DNA of 64,000 bases from NCBI GenBank assembly GCA_001949185.1, contig BDGG01000017.1, forward strand, positions 1 to 64,000. Reading direction: 5' to 3'. Under the pieces are notes generated by a model. The model had not been told where the DNA came from and ran no database searches. It worked only from the letters and a program-made list of their open reading frames with translations. Below are positions 63,559-64,000 of this stretch, in pieces; position 1 is the stretch's first letter, and each line of letters begins with the position of its first letter. This DNA is from Ramazzottius varieornatus (lineage: Eukaryota > Animalia > Tardigrada). The position numbers and the translations under genes were made by a program.

Positions 63559-64000
63559 ATCAGTACCTGTCATAATCAGGCCAGGAACATGCCTGGTATA
63601 CGCCATTTTCTTTTAACTTTCTACGTAGTTTCCGATCTTTTTTTATGGCACCTCCATCAATCGGGGCTTGTCTTTGACATGACTCACCTCCACCGGTGGT
63701 TGATTGACTTCCTGGTTGTAACTGTAAGATTTGATGTTTGATAATTTAGCTCTTTCCTGTGCACCTAAATGATTAAGGTTGCACACGTGGGCGATCCAAA
63801 GAGGATGAACGGCGCAATGAAAAAAAGGCTGGAAACCATCATCAAAGTCTCGGCAACTGCTGTGCGCTTCAGTAAGAAATTTCTTCTGGGAGCGTAATGG
63901 AAGCTTTGCGTGCAATGCTGTCCGCCACTTTTCCTTGTCTTTCCTATACAGTGCGTAGCACTTTGAAGTACTGGGCCATCTCTCGTGATATCGGTAGCGA

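Noticed and set aside
63643-63915. Possible terminal exon of a gene leaving the window
   Set aside because: No recognisable motif and cannot be supported from this window.

Overview
Intron-rich eukaryotic (animal) genomic DNA, not prokaryotic. Gene content (group 3 LEA, ANF-type receptor, atypical intronless GPCRs, short GT-AG introns) is consistent with a eutardigrade, which is an inference. I reconstructed about 14 genes by hand: NHERF/Sip1-like PDZ, MFSD1-like transporter, RPAP1, a hemerythrin-like HHE protein, JMJD4, cyclophilin, LEA, a GH3-domain protein, a MITE-disrupted GPCR, glycogen phosphorylase, a cyclase-less ANF-type receptor, an intronless GPCR, a chitin-binding protein, VWA5A-like and a small HSP. 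There is also a decayed Mutator-like transposase, many MITEs and one N gap. Three signals stand out. (1) A ~120-bp fully palindromic element with a modular GTGGCGCAC..GTGCGCCAC hairpin core (1-3 tandem cores) occurs at about 17 loci, almost all inside introns between 1.4 and 39 kb. (2) A spliced microbial/fungal-type hemerythrin-like gene has a putative mitochondrial presequence (HGT candidate) and sits in a compact block with cyclophilin and LEA. (3) Perfect heat-shock elements lie upstream of the LEA and small HSP genes. Exon boundaries are manual and approximate where stated.
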